Shown one piece after another: positions 10,844 to 20,769 of a stretch of DNA of 64,000 nt (position 1 is the first letter of the stretch; every line of letters begins with the position of its first letter). The notes under the pieces are model-generated. The model did no database searches. It saw nothing but the letters and a program-made list of their open reading frames with translations, and had not been told where the DNA came from. Origin of the DNA: Candidatus Latescibacterota bacterium (GTDB taxonomy: Bacteria; Latescibacterota; UBA2968; UBA8231); assembly GCA_965219385.1 (NCBI GenBank), contig CBDCNM010000002.1, positions 344,639 through 408,638 on the forward strand. The letters are read 5' to 3'. The translations under genes and the position numbers were made by a program.

Positions 10844-11995
10844 TTATAATTTTTTTTCTAAAACCTCTATGTATTGCCGGGTGGATTTATCCCAGGAGTA
10901 CTCGCGCCGGACATATGCCCGGGCCTCGGCGATTTTGGCCTCTCTGGCATTGGGGGAGAGGATGTAATAGCGGTGCACCTGGTCGACAAAGGCCAGGTAG
11001 TCGCCAGCCGGTATCAGGTAGCCGCCCTCGCGCATGCTCTCTACCAGCGCATCTACGGCAAAGGCTACCACCGGAGTGCCCGCGTACATGGTCTCAAGCG
11101 GGGCCATGCCAAAACCCTCGACATCGTTGGGCAGGTGGATATTGGGCATGATGAAAAGATCGGCACTGCGGCGCAGCATGGCCACGAGTTCTTCTTCGAG
11201 AGGGCCCAGGATCAGCACCCGGTTGTGCAGGTCCAGGTTTTTTGCCAGCTCGTACAGGCGGCTCAGTTCGGGGCCGCGACCTCCGATGATGAGTCTGATG
11301 TCGGGATCCAGCAGGGGCACGCCCTTTTCCAGGAAGGCCGCCAGCCCCTTGCGCCGGACCTGGCGACCGCAATTGAGCAGGACGCGGTCGCGGCCAAAGC
11401 GCAGGCCGTACTCCTGCTCGAAGCGCTGACGCAGCTCGTTGCACCGCTCCTCGGGCAACACCAGCGGCTCCACGCCCATGTAGATGAGGACCAGTTTTTC
11501 AGGCGCCACCCCGCTCTGGGCGGTGAGCTCCCGGGTGAGCTGGCTGTTGATGGCAACCTGCTCGCAGCAGCGCACGCTCCAGTGCATGAGCCGGCGGGCC
11601 AGCGGGTTGCCGTAGATCATTTCCAGTCCGTGGATGGTGACCACGAAGCGGATCCTCCGGGTAAAGGGCCGCAGGAATAATGCCAGAGCGCCGACCACGC
11701 CATCGCTGAAGTAGACTACCTGTACCCGCCGCAACAGCACCTCCACAAAAGCCACCACAAAGGCATAGGGCAGGAACCAGGCCAGGTGCGCCAGGGACTG
11801 CCGTCGCAGGGCCACCAGCTTGACTGGGCGCTGGGCGCTGAGGCGAGTGTAGATCTGGTAGGAATGGGTCTCGATCCCGCCGACCACGGGCGGATAGCGG
11901 CGGGTGATAAAGAGAATGCGGGTGGCAGCGTCGGGTGAAATGGCTCGATCCTCTCGGTGTGGTCGGAATGTCCACCCAATAATAAAGATTGGCAT
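10844..11995 (-). CDS. Glycosyltransferase family 4 (start uncertain)
   Basis: ILFITRRYPPVVGG, GRQVRRKG, EGFGMAPLE. Confidence 0.9.
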   Translation of the reverse strand: MPIFIIGWTFRPHREDRAISPDAATRILFITRRYPPVVGGIETHSYQIYTRLSAQRPVKLVALRRQSLAHLAWFLPYAFVVAFVEVLLRRVQVVYFSDGVVGALALFLRPFTRRIRFVVTIHGLEMIYGNPLARRLMHWSVRCCEQVAINSQLTRELTAQSGVAPEKLVLIYMGVEPLVLPEERCNELRQRFEQEYGLRFGRDRVLLNCGRQVRRKGLAAFLEKGVPLLDPDIRLIIGGRGPELSRLYELAKNLDLHNRVLILGPLEEELVAMLRRSADLFIMPNIHLPNDVEGFGMAPLETMYAGTPVVAFAVDALVESMREGGYLIPAGDYLAFVDQVHRYYILSPNAREAKIAEARAYVRREYSWDKSTRQYIEVLEKKL

Positions 11996-12027
11996 GGGAC
12001 GGAGCAAACACCGCGGATTTAAAATCC

Positions 12028-12055
12028 TTGACAAGGGAAAAATCTGATGTATTCT
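12028..12055 (+). promoter_or_regulatory. Sigma70-like promoter upstream of the aquaporin
   Basis: TTGACA-16 bp-TATTCT in an AT-rich divergent intergenic region. Confidence 0.5.
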
Positions 12056-12121
12056 GATGTATACATTAAAAAGGGGACATACCATTCACTATCAACCAAT
12101 TGAATTGGGAGGGATATAGTT

Positions 12122-12811
12122 ATGGAAAGTCCAATTCGCAGTTACCTGGCGGAGTTCCTGGGGACCCTCATCCTGGTACTGATCGGCACCTCCGTGGCCG
12201 CCCTGCAGGGGTTTCTCACCGGCTACGGCGACACTGGGTGGCTGGGCATTTCATTCGCCTTCGGATTCACTCTGATGGTGCTGGTGCTGGTGATCGGCCC
12301 GGTTTCGGGCTGCCACGTCAACCCGGCGGTTTCCATTGCCATGGTCATATCGGGGCGGCTCAAGGGCTCCCTGGCGATCGGCTACATCATAAGCCAGATC
12401 CTGGGCGCGCTGGTGGCCAGCCTCATTCTGTACGGCCTGATCAACTGCATACCTGGGTACCAGCTGGAAACTCATGGCCTGGGCGCCAATGGCAATCCCC
12501 GGGACATGAGCGTGATGGGCCTCCTGGGCTGGGAAGTGGTACTGACCGCGTTGTTCCTTTTTACTATATTCGCGGCCACCAGAGACGACGCGACGCCGGG
12601 TTTTGCCGCCCTGGCGATCGGCGGTTTCTTGTTCGTAGCCCACCTGGTCGGCGCCCAACTGGGCGATTCATCCCTCAACCCGGCCCGCAGCATTGGACCG
12701 GCCCTGTTCCAGGGTGGGACTGCTCTCAGCGTCCTCTGGGTTTTCATTGTCGGCCCTATTGTGGGGGGTATAATCGGCTGGATTCTGTACAAGATAGTGT
12801 ACAACGACTGA
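12122..12811 (+). CDS. aqpZ: Aquaporin (MIP family)
   Basis: SGCHVNPAVS and SLNPARS NPA boxes; six hydrophobic helices. Confidence 0.9.
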   Translation: MESPIRSYLAEFLGTLILVLIGTSVAALQGFLTGYGDTGWLGISFAFGFTLMVLVLVIGPVSGCHVNPAVSIAMVISGRLKGSLAIGYIISQILGALVASLILYGLINCIPGYQLETHGLGANGNPRDMSVMGLLGWEVVLTALFLFTIFAATRDDATPGFAALAIGGFLFVAHLVGAQLGDSSLNPARSIGPALFQGGTALSVLWVFIVGPIVGGIIGWILYKIVYND

Positions 12812-12934
12812 GCTTTTCCGAAATTTCGCCTTGCGGTTGCAGGCCCTGGTGCACCAGCACCGGGGCCTTTTCCGTCTAGGCCAGGGCGGCGGAAATAGTC
12901 GGTCCGTTTTTGTATCGCCGAGCCCCGGTTCTGC

Positions 12935-13729
12935 TTATTTGAGTTCCTCGCCGCAGTGGGGACAGAGCCGGGTGGTCTTGTCCCTGTTCTGCAGTTCGTC
13001 GACAAAGCCGGCCCCCAGAATCCCGGCTGGCAGGGCGAACATGCCGATTCCGAGGATGGCGATGACCGCGGCGATAAGCTTGCCTATCCCGGTCACCGGG
13101 TAATAATCGCCGTAGCCCACCGTGGTCAGGGTGATCACGCCCCACCACATGGTTTCCGGGATGCTGGAAAACTTGTCGGGCTGGTGCTCGTATTCGGCGA
13201 AGTACATCAGCGAGGAAGAGATCAGCAGCAAGGTCAAAAGGACAAAGAAGATGCTGAATAGCTCGCTTTTCTTGCCCACCACGACCCGGCCCAGCAGGCG
13301 CAGGGCACTGGAATAGCGGAAGAGCTTGGCGAGTCGGAAAAACCGCAGCAGGCGCACCACGCGGACAAAACGCATGTCCAGGCCCAGCAGCGGCAGGTAG
13401 AGAGGCAAAATGGCCAGCAGATCGATGATGGCCAGGGGGGTGAAAATGAAACGGAGTCGCCCGCCCAGAGGGTGGGCATAGGCCCGAACCGCGGTACAGG
13501 ACCACACCCGCAGGACGTATTCGATACTGAAGAGGCCCAGGGAAATATCCTCGAAGAGTTCGAATGCGGCCGGGTTGCGGCTGTAGATCGAGTCGACCGT
13601 TTCCAGGACCAGGGCCAGGATGTTCAGGAAGATCAGGCCCAGAATGGAAAGGTCAACCGCGCGGCTGTGCGGGTCTTCCTCGATAGAAGATACGGCGAGA
13701 AGCTCGTGGATCCTTTTTTTCAGCATCAT
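12935..13729 (-). CDS. Voltage-gated potassium channel (Ion_trans)
   Basis: TTVGYGD filter; S4-like RFVRVVRLLRFFRLAK; C-terminal CPHCG. Confidence 0.92.
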   Translation of the reverse strand: MMLKKRIHELLAVSSIEEDPHSRAVDLSILGLIFLNILALVLETVDSIYSRNPAAFELFEDISLGLFSIEYVLRVWSCTAVRAYAHPLGGRLRFIFTPLAIIDLLAILPLYLPLLGLDMRFVRVVRLLRFFRLAKLFRYSSALRLLGRVVVGKKSELFSIFFVLLTLLLISSSLMYFAEYEHQPDKFSSIPETMWWGVITLTTVGYGDYYPVTGIGKLIAAVIAILGIGMFALPAGILGAGFVDELQNRDKTTRLCPHCGEELK

Positions 13730-13798
13730 GGCACCAACCTCATGCTCATGTCCCGGGGGAACTACTCAGAACATAACGAAACCCTAGTGGACATATAC

Positions 13799-13970
13799 TC
13801 AGTACTTCCCGAAATACCGTAACTATTGGGACCTCAAGGCCGAGAGGGCGGTGGGGGCTGCGAGCCGGCGCAGCAGCAGGGAGTGGAACGGGGCAAGAGC
13901 GCTCCGGGCATCGCCAAGCGCCAGAGGCACAAGCCCCGCACGACCCCCCGCCGATTTCGTGAAGCACTGA
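13799..13970. repeat. MITE-like repeat copy
   Basis: Ends tcagtacttcccgaaat ... atttcgtgaagcactga; internal similarity to other copies. Confidence 0.85.
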
Positions 13971-13988
13971 TACTAAATATAGGGCACT

Positions 13989-15206
13989 TCAGTCTTTGGT
14001 GCCGTTAAATAAAAAATCGAAGAGATCGAAGTTGCGGGCCCGGCCCGCTTCCAGACGCTCCTGGTACTCAGGTTCGAGCGGGCGGTTGAAGATCATGGGG
14101 ACCGTAGATTCGTGCAGACCACCGTGAGAACGCAGGCCCGCTTCCACCGCGGACAGATCGTGCCACTCGGGCGTGCGGCCCAGGACCGTGTCCCGGTCCG
14201 CCAGTACCACCAGGTCGCCGATGCGGTCCCGGGGCAGGGCATAGGTGGCCACAGCCTGGTCCCGGGTGAGGACCTGCTCGACCCCAGGTACCTCTGCGAG
14301 GATGCCGGCGGCAGGGGCGATGTGCTCGGGATTCAGGTAGACCGTGGCATAGGAGCCCAGGGCTCCGTGGTGCACCACATAAGGGTCGGTGATGGGGAGG
14401 ATCACCCTGGCTTCGGAGAGGCCCCGATGCACCAGCAGGGTTTCAATAAACTCGACCCTGGGGGTATTGTCGGGGTTTACCTTGGCGTTCATGCCGTGGT
14501 CCGCGGTGAGGCCCAGGATGGCGCCCCGAGCGTCCAGGGCGCCCAGAAACAGGTCCAGGCGGGCGTAGAACCGCTTGGCCTCGGGGTGACCGGGCGGGTA
14601 CTTGTGCTGCACGTAGTCGGTGGTGGACAGGTAGATCAGGTCGATCGCGTGGTGCTCGAGGAGGCGGACCCCGGCCTCGAGGCAGAACACGCTGGCCTCG
14701 GGATCGTAGATGCCAGGATTGGCGCGGCCCACCAACTCCAGGACTCGATCGATACCGTGCTCGGCGCGGCGTGCCTGGTGGGCCTTTTCGACCGAGAAAC
14801 AAACGCCCTCGAGCCCCTCGGCCAGGAAGAGGCGGAGTTTGTCTTTGGTGGTCACCGCGGCTACCTTCTGGCCGGCCCGGCCAAAAGCGGCCAGAATGGT
14901 CGGGGCGCGCAGGTACCCGGGATCGTTCATCATGACTTCCTGGTCGTTTTCCGCATCGTAGTAGAAATTGCCGGGAATGCCGTTGATGTCGGGGGTGGTA
15001 CCGGTGACGATGGCGATGTTGTTGGGGTTGGTGAACGAAGGTACCACGGTCTTCACCAGACCGCGGCAGCCCTGCGCGATGATGGTACGGAGGTGGGGCA
15101 TGGAGTCGAGGGCGGCCTGGATATAGGCCGGATCGCAACCGTCCACACAGATGCCTACCACGGGAGCGGATCGGGGACGGTAGGCGCGGTTGTTTACCTG
15201 GATCAT
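13989..15206 (-). CDS. phnA: Phosphonoacetate hydrolase
   Basis: VDGCDPAY, PSFTNPNN, YLSTTDYVQHK, TADHGMN, PITDPYVVHHGALGS, LRSHGG. Confidence 0.92.
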   Translation of the reverse strand: MIQVNNRAYRPRSAPVVGICVDGCDPAYIQAALDSMPHLRTIIAQGCRGLVKTVVPSFTNPNNIAIVTGTTPDINGIPGNFYYDAENDQEVMMNDPGYLRAPTILAAFGRAGQKVAAVTTKDKLRLFLAEGLEGVCFSVEKAHQARRAEHGIDRVLELVGRANPGIYDPEASVFCLEAGVRLLEHHAIDLIYLSTTDYVQHKYPPGHPEAKRFYARLDLFLGALDARGAILGLTADHGMNAKVNPDNTPRVEFIETLLVHRGLSEARVILPITDPYVVHHGALGSYATVYLNPEHIAPAAGILAEVPGVEQVLTRDQAVATYALPRDRIGDLVVLADRDTVLGRTPEWHDLSAVEAGLRSHGGLHESTVPMIFNRPLEPEYQERLEAGRARNFDLFDFLFNGTKD

Positions 15207-15388
15207 GCTGGCTTCGGGCGGACGGACACTCGGAAGTAGCTCCGATTTCGGGCGACCTGCAGGGCTTCTTCCAGGTCCGCGAGGGGAAAAGGCGGAGCCG
15301 GGTCTGCGGGCAGGGGATGCTCTTCGAGGCGCAGGCTTTGTCCGGGGCCGTCGAAGACCTGGACGAGGGCAGTGGATGGATAGGGCAT
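15203..15388 (-). pseudogene. Internally deleted Zn-dependent alcohol dehydrogenase-like stub
   Basis: N-terminal VFDGPGQSLRLEEHPLP joined to C-terminal PFPLADLEEALQVARNRSYFRVSVRP; stop overlaps phnA start. Confidence 0.55.
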
Positions 15389-15420
15389 AGATAAATGCGG
15401 ACCTTTGTCTGAGGCCGGGG

Positions 15421-16161
15421 TCAGCGCCTGGCCGGGGGCTTGCGCCAGTAGCCCTCCAGCTTGTCCTGGGGCTCGAACCCTAAAAGACGGCGGGCCTTTT
15501 CATTGGAAAAGAGTCCGTGCGGCAGATCCGTGGTGATGAAGAAGACCTCGTTTTGCGAAGGCAGGGTGTCCAGGTCCACCTCCAGGCCCCGCTTGAAGGC
15601 CTGGCCCGCATCCCGGAAGCTCACGGAAAAGGGCGTGAGATCCCGACCTTCTTCGCCCGGTTTGGGCTCGGGGGCGCGGAAGTTGTAGAAGAGGAGACAG
15701 AGCACGTGGATGGGATAGTGCTCGGTGAAGATACGACAGATTTCCTGGCCCGCCGATTTGCTCAGGGCGTAGAGGCTGGTACCGGCGTGCGGCGGTACCT
15801 CGGTGCTGATGCCGAAGTCGTAGTGTTCGTAGAGCGGACCGGTGATGGTGAAGTGGGGGCCGGTGTTGATGAAGCGCCCCATTTTGTGTTCCACGGCGGC
15901 GCGGATGGCGTTGTAGGTCCCCAGGGTGCTCACCTCAAAGGCGAGCTTGCGATCCTGGCGCAACACCGAGCAATTGACGATGGCCTCCATGCCCTCGGCC
16001 GCCTCCATGACCTGGTCCAGATCGGAGACGTCCACCTGCATGCTCTCGTGGGGAGAATCGATCGGCACGATATCGGTTATGCGCAGCTGGTGATGGCCCT
16101 CCAGGGCCTTTACCGCATGGGGACCGAGGATGCCGTTTCCTCCCAGTATCAGTACCTTCAT
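15421..16161 (-). CDS. NAD-dependent epimerase/dehydratase (uronate dehydrogenase-like SDR)
   Basis: MKVLILGGNGILG, YALSK. Confidence 0.85.
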   Translation of the reverse strand: MKVLILGGNGILGPHAVKALEGHHQLRITDIVPIDSPHESMQVDVSDLDQVMEAAEGMEAIVNCSVLRQDRKLAFEVSTLGTYNAIRAAVEHKMGRFINTGPHFTITGPLYEHYDFGISTEVPPHAGTSLYALSKSAGQEICRIFTEHYPIHVLCLLFYNFRAPEPKPGEEGRDLTPFSVSFRDAGQAFKRGLEVDLDTLPSQNEVFFITTDLPHGLFSNEKARRLLGFEPQDKLEGYWRKPPARR

Positions 16162-16853
16162 GGAATGTCCTCGAAGTTGAATTGAGGTGCAAAATCCAGT
16201 TCGGAGGCCGCGCGGGTCGTGCTGAAACGAGCCCGTTCGGAAGCGGACTGGAGGTGGAAGAGGGCAAAGCGCGGCAGGTCTTTTTGCAGCGCCTTGTCCA
16301 CGGCCTGGACCACGTCGCCCAGCTCGATCCACATGGGGTCGAAGGGTTTGGTCGAGGCCTCCTCGGCCCGGATCGGGTGCCCCAGACGCAGGCACAGAAG
16401 GTTCAGGGCGTGCTGGTGGGCGAATTCCTCGGCGATGAACTCGCCCAGGTACGGGCCCAGGATATGGGGTTCGCAGGAGGGCCGGGGGCGCCACCGTTCG
16501 TTGACGGTCATATCCTCGTCGCAGGACAGGAACAGGTCCAGGGTGCTCAGGTAGATGAAGCGCTCGACCCCGGCTTCGGAGGCGGCCGTAAGCAGGTTGT
16601 AGGTGCAGCGGGTACAGGCATCGATCCACGCACTGGAGTCGCCGGCCTGCACGGGTTCGGGCAGGTGGATAATGGCCTCTATTCCGGCCACCAGTTCGTC
16701 GGTGGACCCATCGTGGCCCAGCTCGCTTAGGACGAATTCCAGATCCGTATCCACGGGCACGCGGGCGCTCAGGCGGAGCTGGTGGGAGGATCTCAGACCT
16801 TGCGCCAGGGCCTCTCCGAGGAGGCTGGCCGCGTTGGTGATCAACAGGTTCAT
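16158..16853 (-). CDS. NAD(P)-binding epimerase-like protein with degenerate motifs
   Basis: MNLLITNAASLLG, CTYNLLTAA..GVERFIYLST; YxxxK absent; overlaps next gene by 4 bp. Confidence 0.7.
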   Translation of the reverse strand: MNLLITNAASLLGEALAQGLRSSHQLRLSARVPVDTDLEFVLSELGHDGSTDELVAGIEAIIHLPEPVQAGDSSAWIDACTRCTYNLLTAASEAGVERFIYLSTLDLFLSCDEDMTVNERWRPRPSCEPHILGPYLGEFIAEEFAHQHALNLLCLRLGHPIRAEEASTKPFDPMWIELGDVVQAVDKALQKDLPRFALFHLQSASERARFSTTRAASELDFAPQFNFEDIP

Positions 16854-16867
16854 AGGTGGTCTCCCGG

Positions 16868-18352
16868 CTACAGGATTTGTTGGTCGACATTCATCGGCAC
16901 GATATCGTGCACCTGGCTGTCGAGCAAAGCGCTGGGCGACTGCATCTCCAGCACCCCCTTTTCGTGCAACTCCTCGATGGTGCGGCAGCCTGCTGTGGCC
17001 AGGGTGGCGCGCAGGATCTGCAGTACTACCGGCAGCTTGTCGTAGATGGAGCCCAGGTGCGGCACGTACCCGGTGATGCCCTCCTCGAAGAAGATGTTTT
17101 TGAGCTGGGCATAGCGCCGGAAGTTGCGCGCCTTCATGCTGCCTTCCATCCAGTATTCCTTGACGATTTCCCCGGCGGCGTTGCGCACCAGGTTGCCGGC
17201 GCTCTCGGTGTAGCGGGCAAAGAAATTGCCCATCATCAAAGCGTCGGCGCCCAGGGCCAGGGCCACGGACATATCGGCCGGACCGCTGATGCCGCCGTCC
17301 GCGATCAGCGGGATGTAGATCCCTTTTTCCTGCGCCAGCCGCTCGCGGGCTTTGCCGGTGTCCATCAGGCTGGTGGCCTGGCCGCGGCCCGTGGCCTTGA
17401 TCTCCTGGGTGGTGCAGCCTGAGCCGATGCCCATGCCCACCTTGACGGCATCGACCCCGGCGGCCACCAGAAAATCGAAACCCGCGGTCGTGACCGCATT
17501 GCCCCCGACCACGGGGACCTGGTAATTGCTCTTGACCCATTCCAGCATCTGTCTCTGGTATTCGGTGTGTCCGTCCGAGGCGTCGATCACCAGCACGTCG
17601 ACCTCGTGCTCGACCAGGGCCTCGACCCGCTCGCGGTCTTCCAGATGGGTGGATATGGCCGCACCCACCAGCAGCCGCTTCTTGGCGTCGATGGACTCGT
17701 TGGGGTGCTGGAGGTGCTTGTCCAGGTCCTTCTTGAAGACCACGGACTGAAGGACGCCCTCCGGGGAGATGATCGGCAGAAAGCCGCGGCCGTATTTGAT
17801 CATCGACCGATTGGCTTCCTTGAGATCGTCGATGTCGATGCCGGCCTGGACATCGGTTTTCATGCGCTCGGCGACCTTGCAGTCCTGGTCGCGGCGCACG
17901 TCGAAATCCTTGTCGGTGATGATGCCCAGCAGCTTGCCGTGGAACATGCCGGTGTCCGTCACCGGAAAGGTGGAGTACCCGGTCTCGTTGATGATGTCGA
18001 TAACCGTGCCGATGCTTTGCTCGGGAAACAGGGTCATGATATTGGTCTGGAAAGCCGCCTTGAAACGCTTGACGCCATCGATCTTGCTGCACTGCTCTTC
18101 GATGGTCTGGCTGACGGGCAGGATGCCGATGCCGCCCAGCTGGGCTACGGCAATGGCCATCTCCATGCCGCTCACGGCCTGCATGGCAGCGCTCAGAAAC
18201 GGGGTGTGGAGGTATATATAGCCGCCTTGCTGGCGGCGGCAAAGCCTGGTTTTCAGCGACACCTGGGGGGCGCTACCGTCGGCGGGTGTATAACCGGGCA
18301 GGAGGCGAAATTCCCTGAGGCTGTGCGAGGGGGCGTTCAGGACCTGGGCCAT
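16868..18352 (-). CDS. guaB: IMP dehydrogenase with CBS pair
   Basis: SAAMQAVS, IDASDGH, KVGMGIGSGCTTQ, IADGGI, EYWMEGS, FFEEG. Confidence 0.9.
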   Translation of the reverse strand: MAQVLNAPSHSLREFRLLPGYTPADGSAPQVSLKTRLCRRQQGGYIYLHTPFLSAAMQAVSGMEMAIAVAQLGGIGILPVSQTIEEQCSKIDGVKRFKAAFQTNIMTLFPEQSIGTVIDIINETGYSTFPVTDTGMFHGKLLGIITDKDFDVRRDQDCKVAERMKTDVQAGIDIDDLKEANRSMIKYGRGFLPIISPEGVLQSVVFKKDLDKHLQHPNESIDAKKRLLVGAAISTHLEDRERVEALVEHEVDVLVIDASDGHTEYQRQMLEWVKSNYQVPVVGGNAVTTAGFDFLVAAGVDAVKVGMGIGSGCTTQEIKATGRGQATSLMDTGKARERLAQEKGIYIPLIADGGISGPADMSVALALGADALMMGNFFARYTESAGNLVRNAAGEIVKEYWMEGSMKARNFRRYAQLKNIFFEEGITGYVPHLGSIYDKLPVVLQILRATLATAGCRTIEELHEKGVLEMQSPSALLDSQVHDIVPMNVDQQIL

Positions 18353-18436
18353 GGGGCGTTCACCTGAAGGTGTGGAGGCATTGAGAGAATCCGATAATTA
18401 AAGAAAAAAATAGGCATACAGGGTTTATTATCCAAA

Positions 18437-18853
18437 TCAGATATGGCCGCGTCCCCCCACCGAACCCTTTCCTTGCTTGGCAAAACCCGTATCATCAAAG
18501 ATCAGAGCCCCATCGCCCATCCGAACTTCATCGCCCATCCATGCCACCCGCGGGGCATTGAATGCGTTTTCATCCCATGGGATCTCCGTCGTCAGTTCCT
18601 GCAGCCGCTGGGGATAGGTCCCGGGGATCGACGCGGCGATGGTGGTAGGATTCTTGCGTGGAAGATCCGACAGCAACCCTGTGCAATACCGTTCCAGCTC
18701 TTCCCGTCCCTTCGATCGAAGAAAGTAACCGGCAAAAGGTTCCAGAAACTTCGCCCGATCCGGCAAGGCCGCTGTCGATGCTTTTGGGGGCATAGGTATT
18801 CTCCTGTTTTCAGTAAAGATACCCAGTTATATGATAATCGGCAAAGTAATACT
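18437..18853 (-). mobile_element. Truncated IS701-family element (transposase N-terminus 18437..18793)
   Basis: YCTGLLSDLPRKN, QRLQ, LIFDDTGFAKQGKGSVG. Confidence 0.8.
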
Positions 18854-18878
18854 AAACCAAGCGACCAAAAGGAGCCCC

Positions 18879-18935
18879 ATGAAAATCGGTTTTTCCACCT
18901 GGGCCATGCCTTGTATGCCCATCGACCAAGTTACG
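18879..18935 (+). pseudogene. N-terminal stub of a sugar-phosphate isomerase/TIM-barrel protein
   Basis: AGGAG RBS plus MKIGFSTWAMP..PIDQ, after which the sequence stops looking coding. Confidence 0.5.
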
Positions 18936-19225
18936 TTGAAAGACCTCTCGCGAAATGGAAAACGTTCTATTTCCAAATGTACTCTGTGGCAACCCGTAAG
19001 ACAAGGATCTCTGGTTTGAATTAGGGAAAAATTGAGAAAAATTCGCCTGCTGGCGCGGTCCGAGTGAATCCATAGTAATCAGGCCAGCCATGAGGCCATG
19101 ATCCCGCTTTAGCACGCTGTATATGTAAGGCTCTCAGGTCCACGATAGACACGGCGGCTGTCTCCAAAGTGGAAAGGGGCGAGACCGGACGATTTCTGGC
19201 GCAGTAGTGGGTTCATCCGTCGGGA

Positions 19226-20315
19226 TTACATGGATGCCGCTGTCTGAGCGAGCGATCCGCCGATTCGGTCAATTGCTACCTTATTGCGGAAGTAGAACAG
19301 GTCGTCCTTCGTCACGCCCGCCAGCTTCATCCCGATTTCCAGCATGTGGGGACGCAGCTTTCTACTCAGATAGGCGGCGAGGCCAGCCCCCGCTAGCGCG
19401 CCAAACACGTTCCCCAAACCTGGCACAATAGAACCTACTGAGCCTCCCACTGTTGTTAAAACGGCACCGCTGAAAGAGTACCAGTGCCTTCATTGCGTTG
19501 ATGCGCGCCTTGTCGTCAATCGCCACCGCTTCAAAATCGCGTTCCGTCTTTACAATGTCACAGAGGAGACGGATACCGAGGACAATCTCCGTCACGTAAG
19601 GCAGGAAGCCACCTACCTTGTCAGGCACGTCAATTCCAGAGTTCTCCGCCAAGATGTCCAAGTTTTCCTCAACCCCGGAGGTGAACTCAAGATTGGAGAG
19701 GTCGAGGTTGACAAACCGGTCGGATAACTCGGGATGCTCGGCCAATATCTTAGCTCGGATCTCATTGCTAACAGCGAACAGCACAGTAGGATCTTCCTGC
19801 ATTCTGGTAAGTACTTCACCGACGTATTCCTCGCCTCCGATCTTCGCTTGAATCAGCACCTCATTTGTCCCGTCATGGCTTGTACCGAGAATATCCCATA
19901 CTGGCTGGTTCGGGTTGGCGGCAATCTCAAAAGAATAGCCGGGGAACTCCTGCGACAATTGCTCTTGTATTCGAAGCTCGGCCAACTTCCCTTTGATGTT
20001 GCTGATGAATCCCTTGACGCTTTCCGGCCCTCTCTCAACCATTTCCAAGTATCGCTCACGTAGCGAATAATTAGCCGCTACATCTGGAAATGAGAGCCTG
20101 TACGCCTCGAATAAGTCGTCGGGCACAGCGTCGGGCACATTCAGTACGTTGAACAGCGCGGAAAACGTATCTTCGACTCCTGCCGAGACTTCGATAGCGA
20201 AAAGGTCGTTCCGCATCAATCCCGATTGTTTAACCACATCTGCATAGGTGTAGCGACCATGCTCATCGCGAAGCGGCACCTGTTCCAATTCGGAAAGTAG
20301 TTTGATAGATTGCAT
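19226..20315 (-). pseudogene. Hypothetical protein (possible PD-(D/E)XK-like core plus C-terminal glycine-zipper helices), frameshift near 19465
   Basis: ORF 19362..20315 continues in the 19226..19450 frame (VGGSVGSIVPGLGNVFGALAGAGLAAY); lower GC than flanks. Confidence 0.6.
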
Positions 20316-20343
20316 GGTTATGAGACCAACCGGTAGAGGGTAA

Positions 20344-20426
20344 GGGCTAACGCGAGAGCAGATAGGCCCAGCGCAGCGTAAGCGGCACGGCGAACGCTGC
20401 GCTGGGCCTGAGACACTTGCTTAGCT
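20344..20426. repeat. Strong hairpin, attC-like
   Basis: Perfect 16-bp IR 20364-20379 / 20394-20409, enclosed by GCTAAC ... TTAGC. Confidence 0.55.
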
Positions 20427-20503
20427 TTGTTGCACGAATGACTTGAAATAAGACAGGCTTCTCGTTAGCTTGGATACAGTTTTCGACCAAGAAGCCCGTT
20501 TCC

Positions 20504-20769
20504 ATGCCCAGCCAGGAGCCTGAGAGGCCTAACCTATCGAATCGGTCCACCGCTTCTGGGAGGAGCAGGACAAGATCAATCAGGTACTCATTCCCCGTGT
20601 GATGGAGATGCACGAGGTTGTGACCGACCTCCACAAACGGACAGCCAACGTCAGCAGCCAAATCGCCGAGGCCGAGGCTCGTGTGCTTCAACAGGTGAAA
20701 AAGTAGTTGCCAAGCCTGGTGAATGGCTTGATGCCAGGCGTTGAAGACCGAGTCCTTCAAAAGCAAGTG
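20504..20769 (+). pseudogene. Degraded coiled-coil hypothetical protein truncated by IS
   Basis: Plus frame reads RFWEEQDKINQVLIPRVMEMHEVVTDLHKRTANVSSQIAEAEARVLQQVKK*LPS..; frameshift and internal stop. Confidence 0.45.

Noticed and set aside
16854..18242. Long N-terminal extension of the 694-aa ORF (apparent fusion)
   Set aside because: Alternative frame of guaB; the real start is 16853. The same applies to 15421..16890 and 38959..41130
18940..19225. Possible IS end (agacctctcgcgaaat) and non-coding stretch
   Set aside because: No partner inverted repeat found; too weak to call
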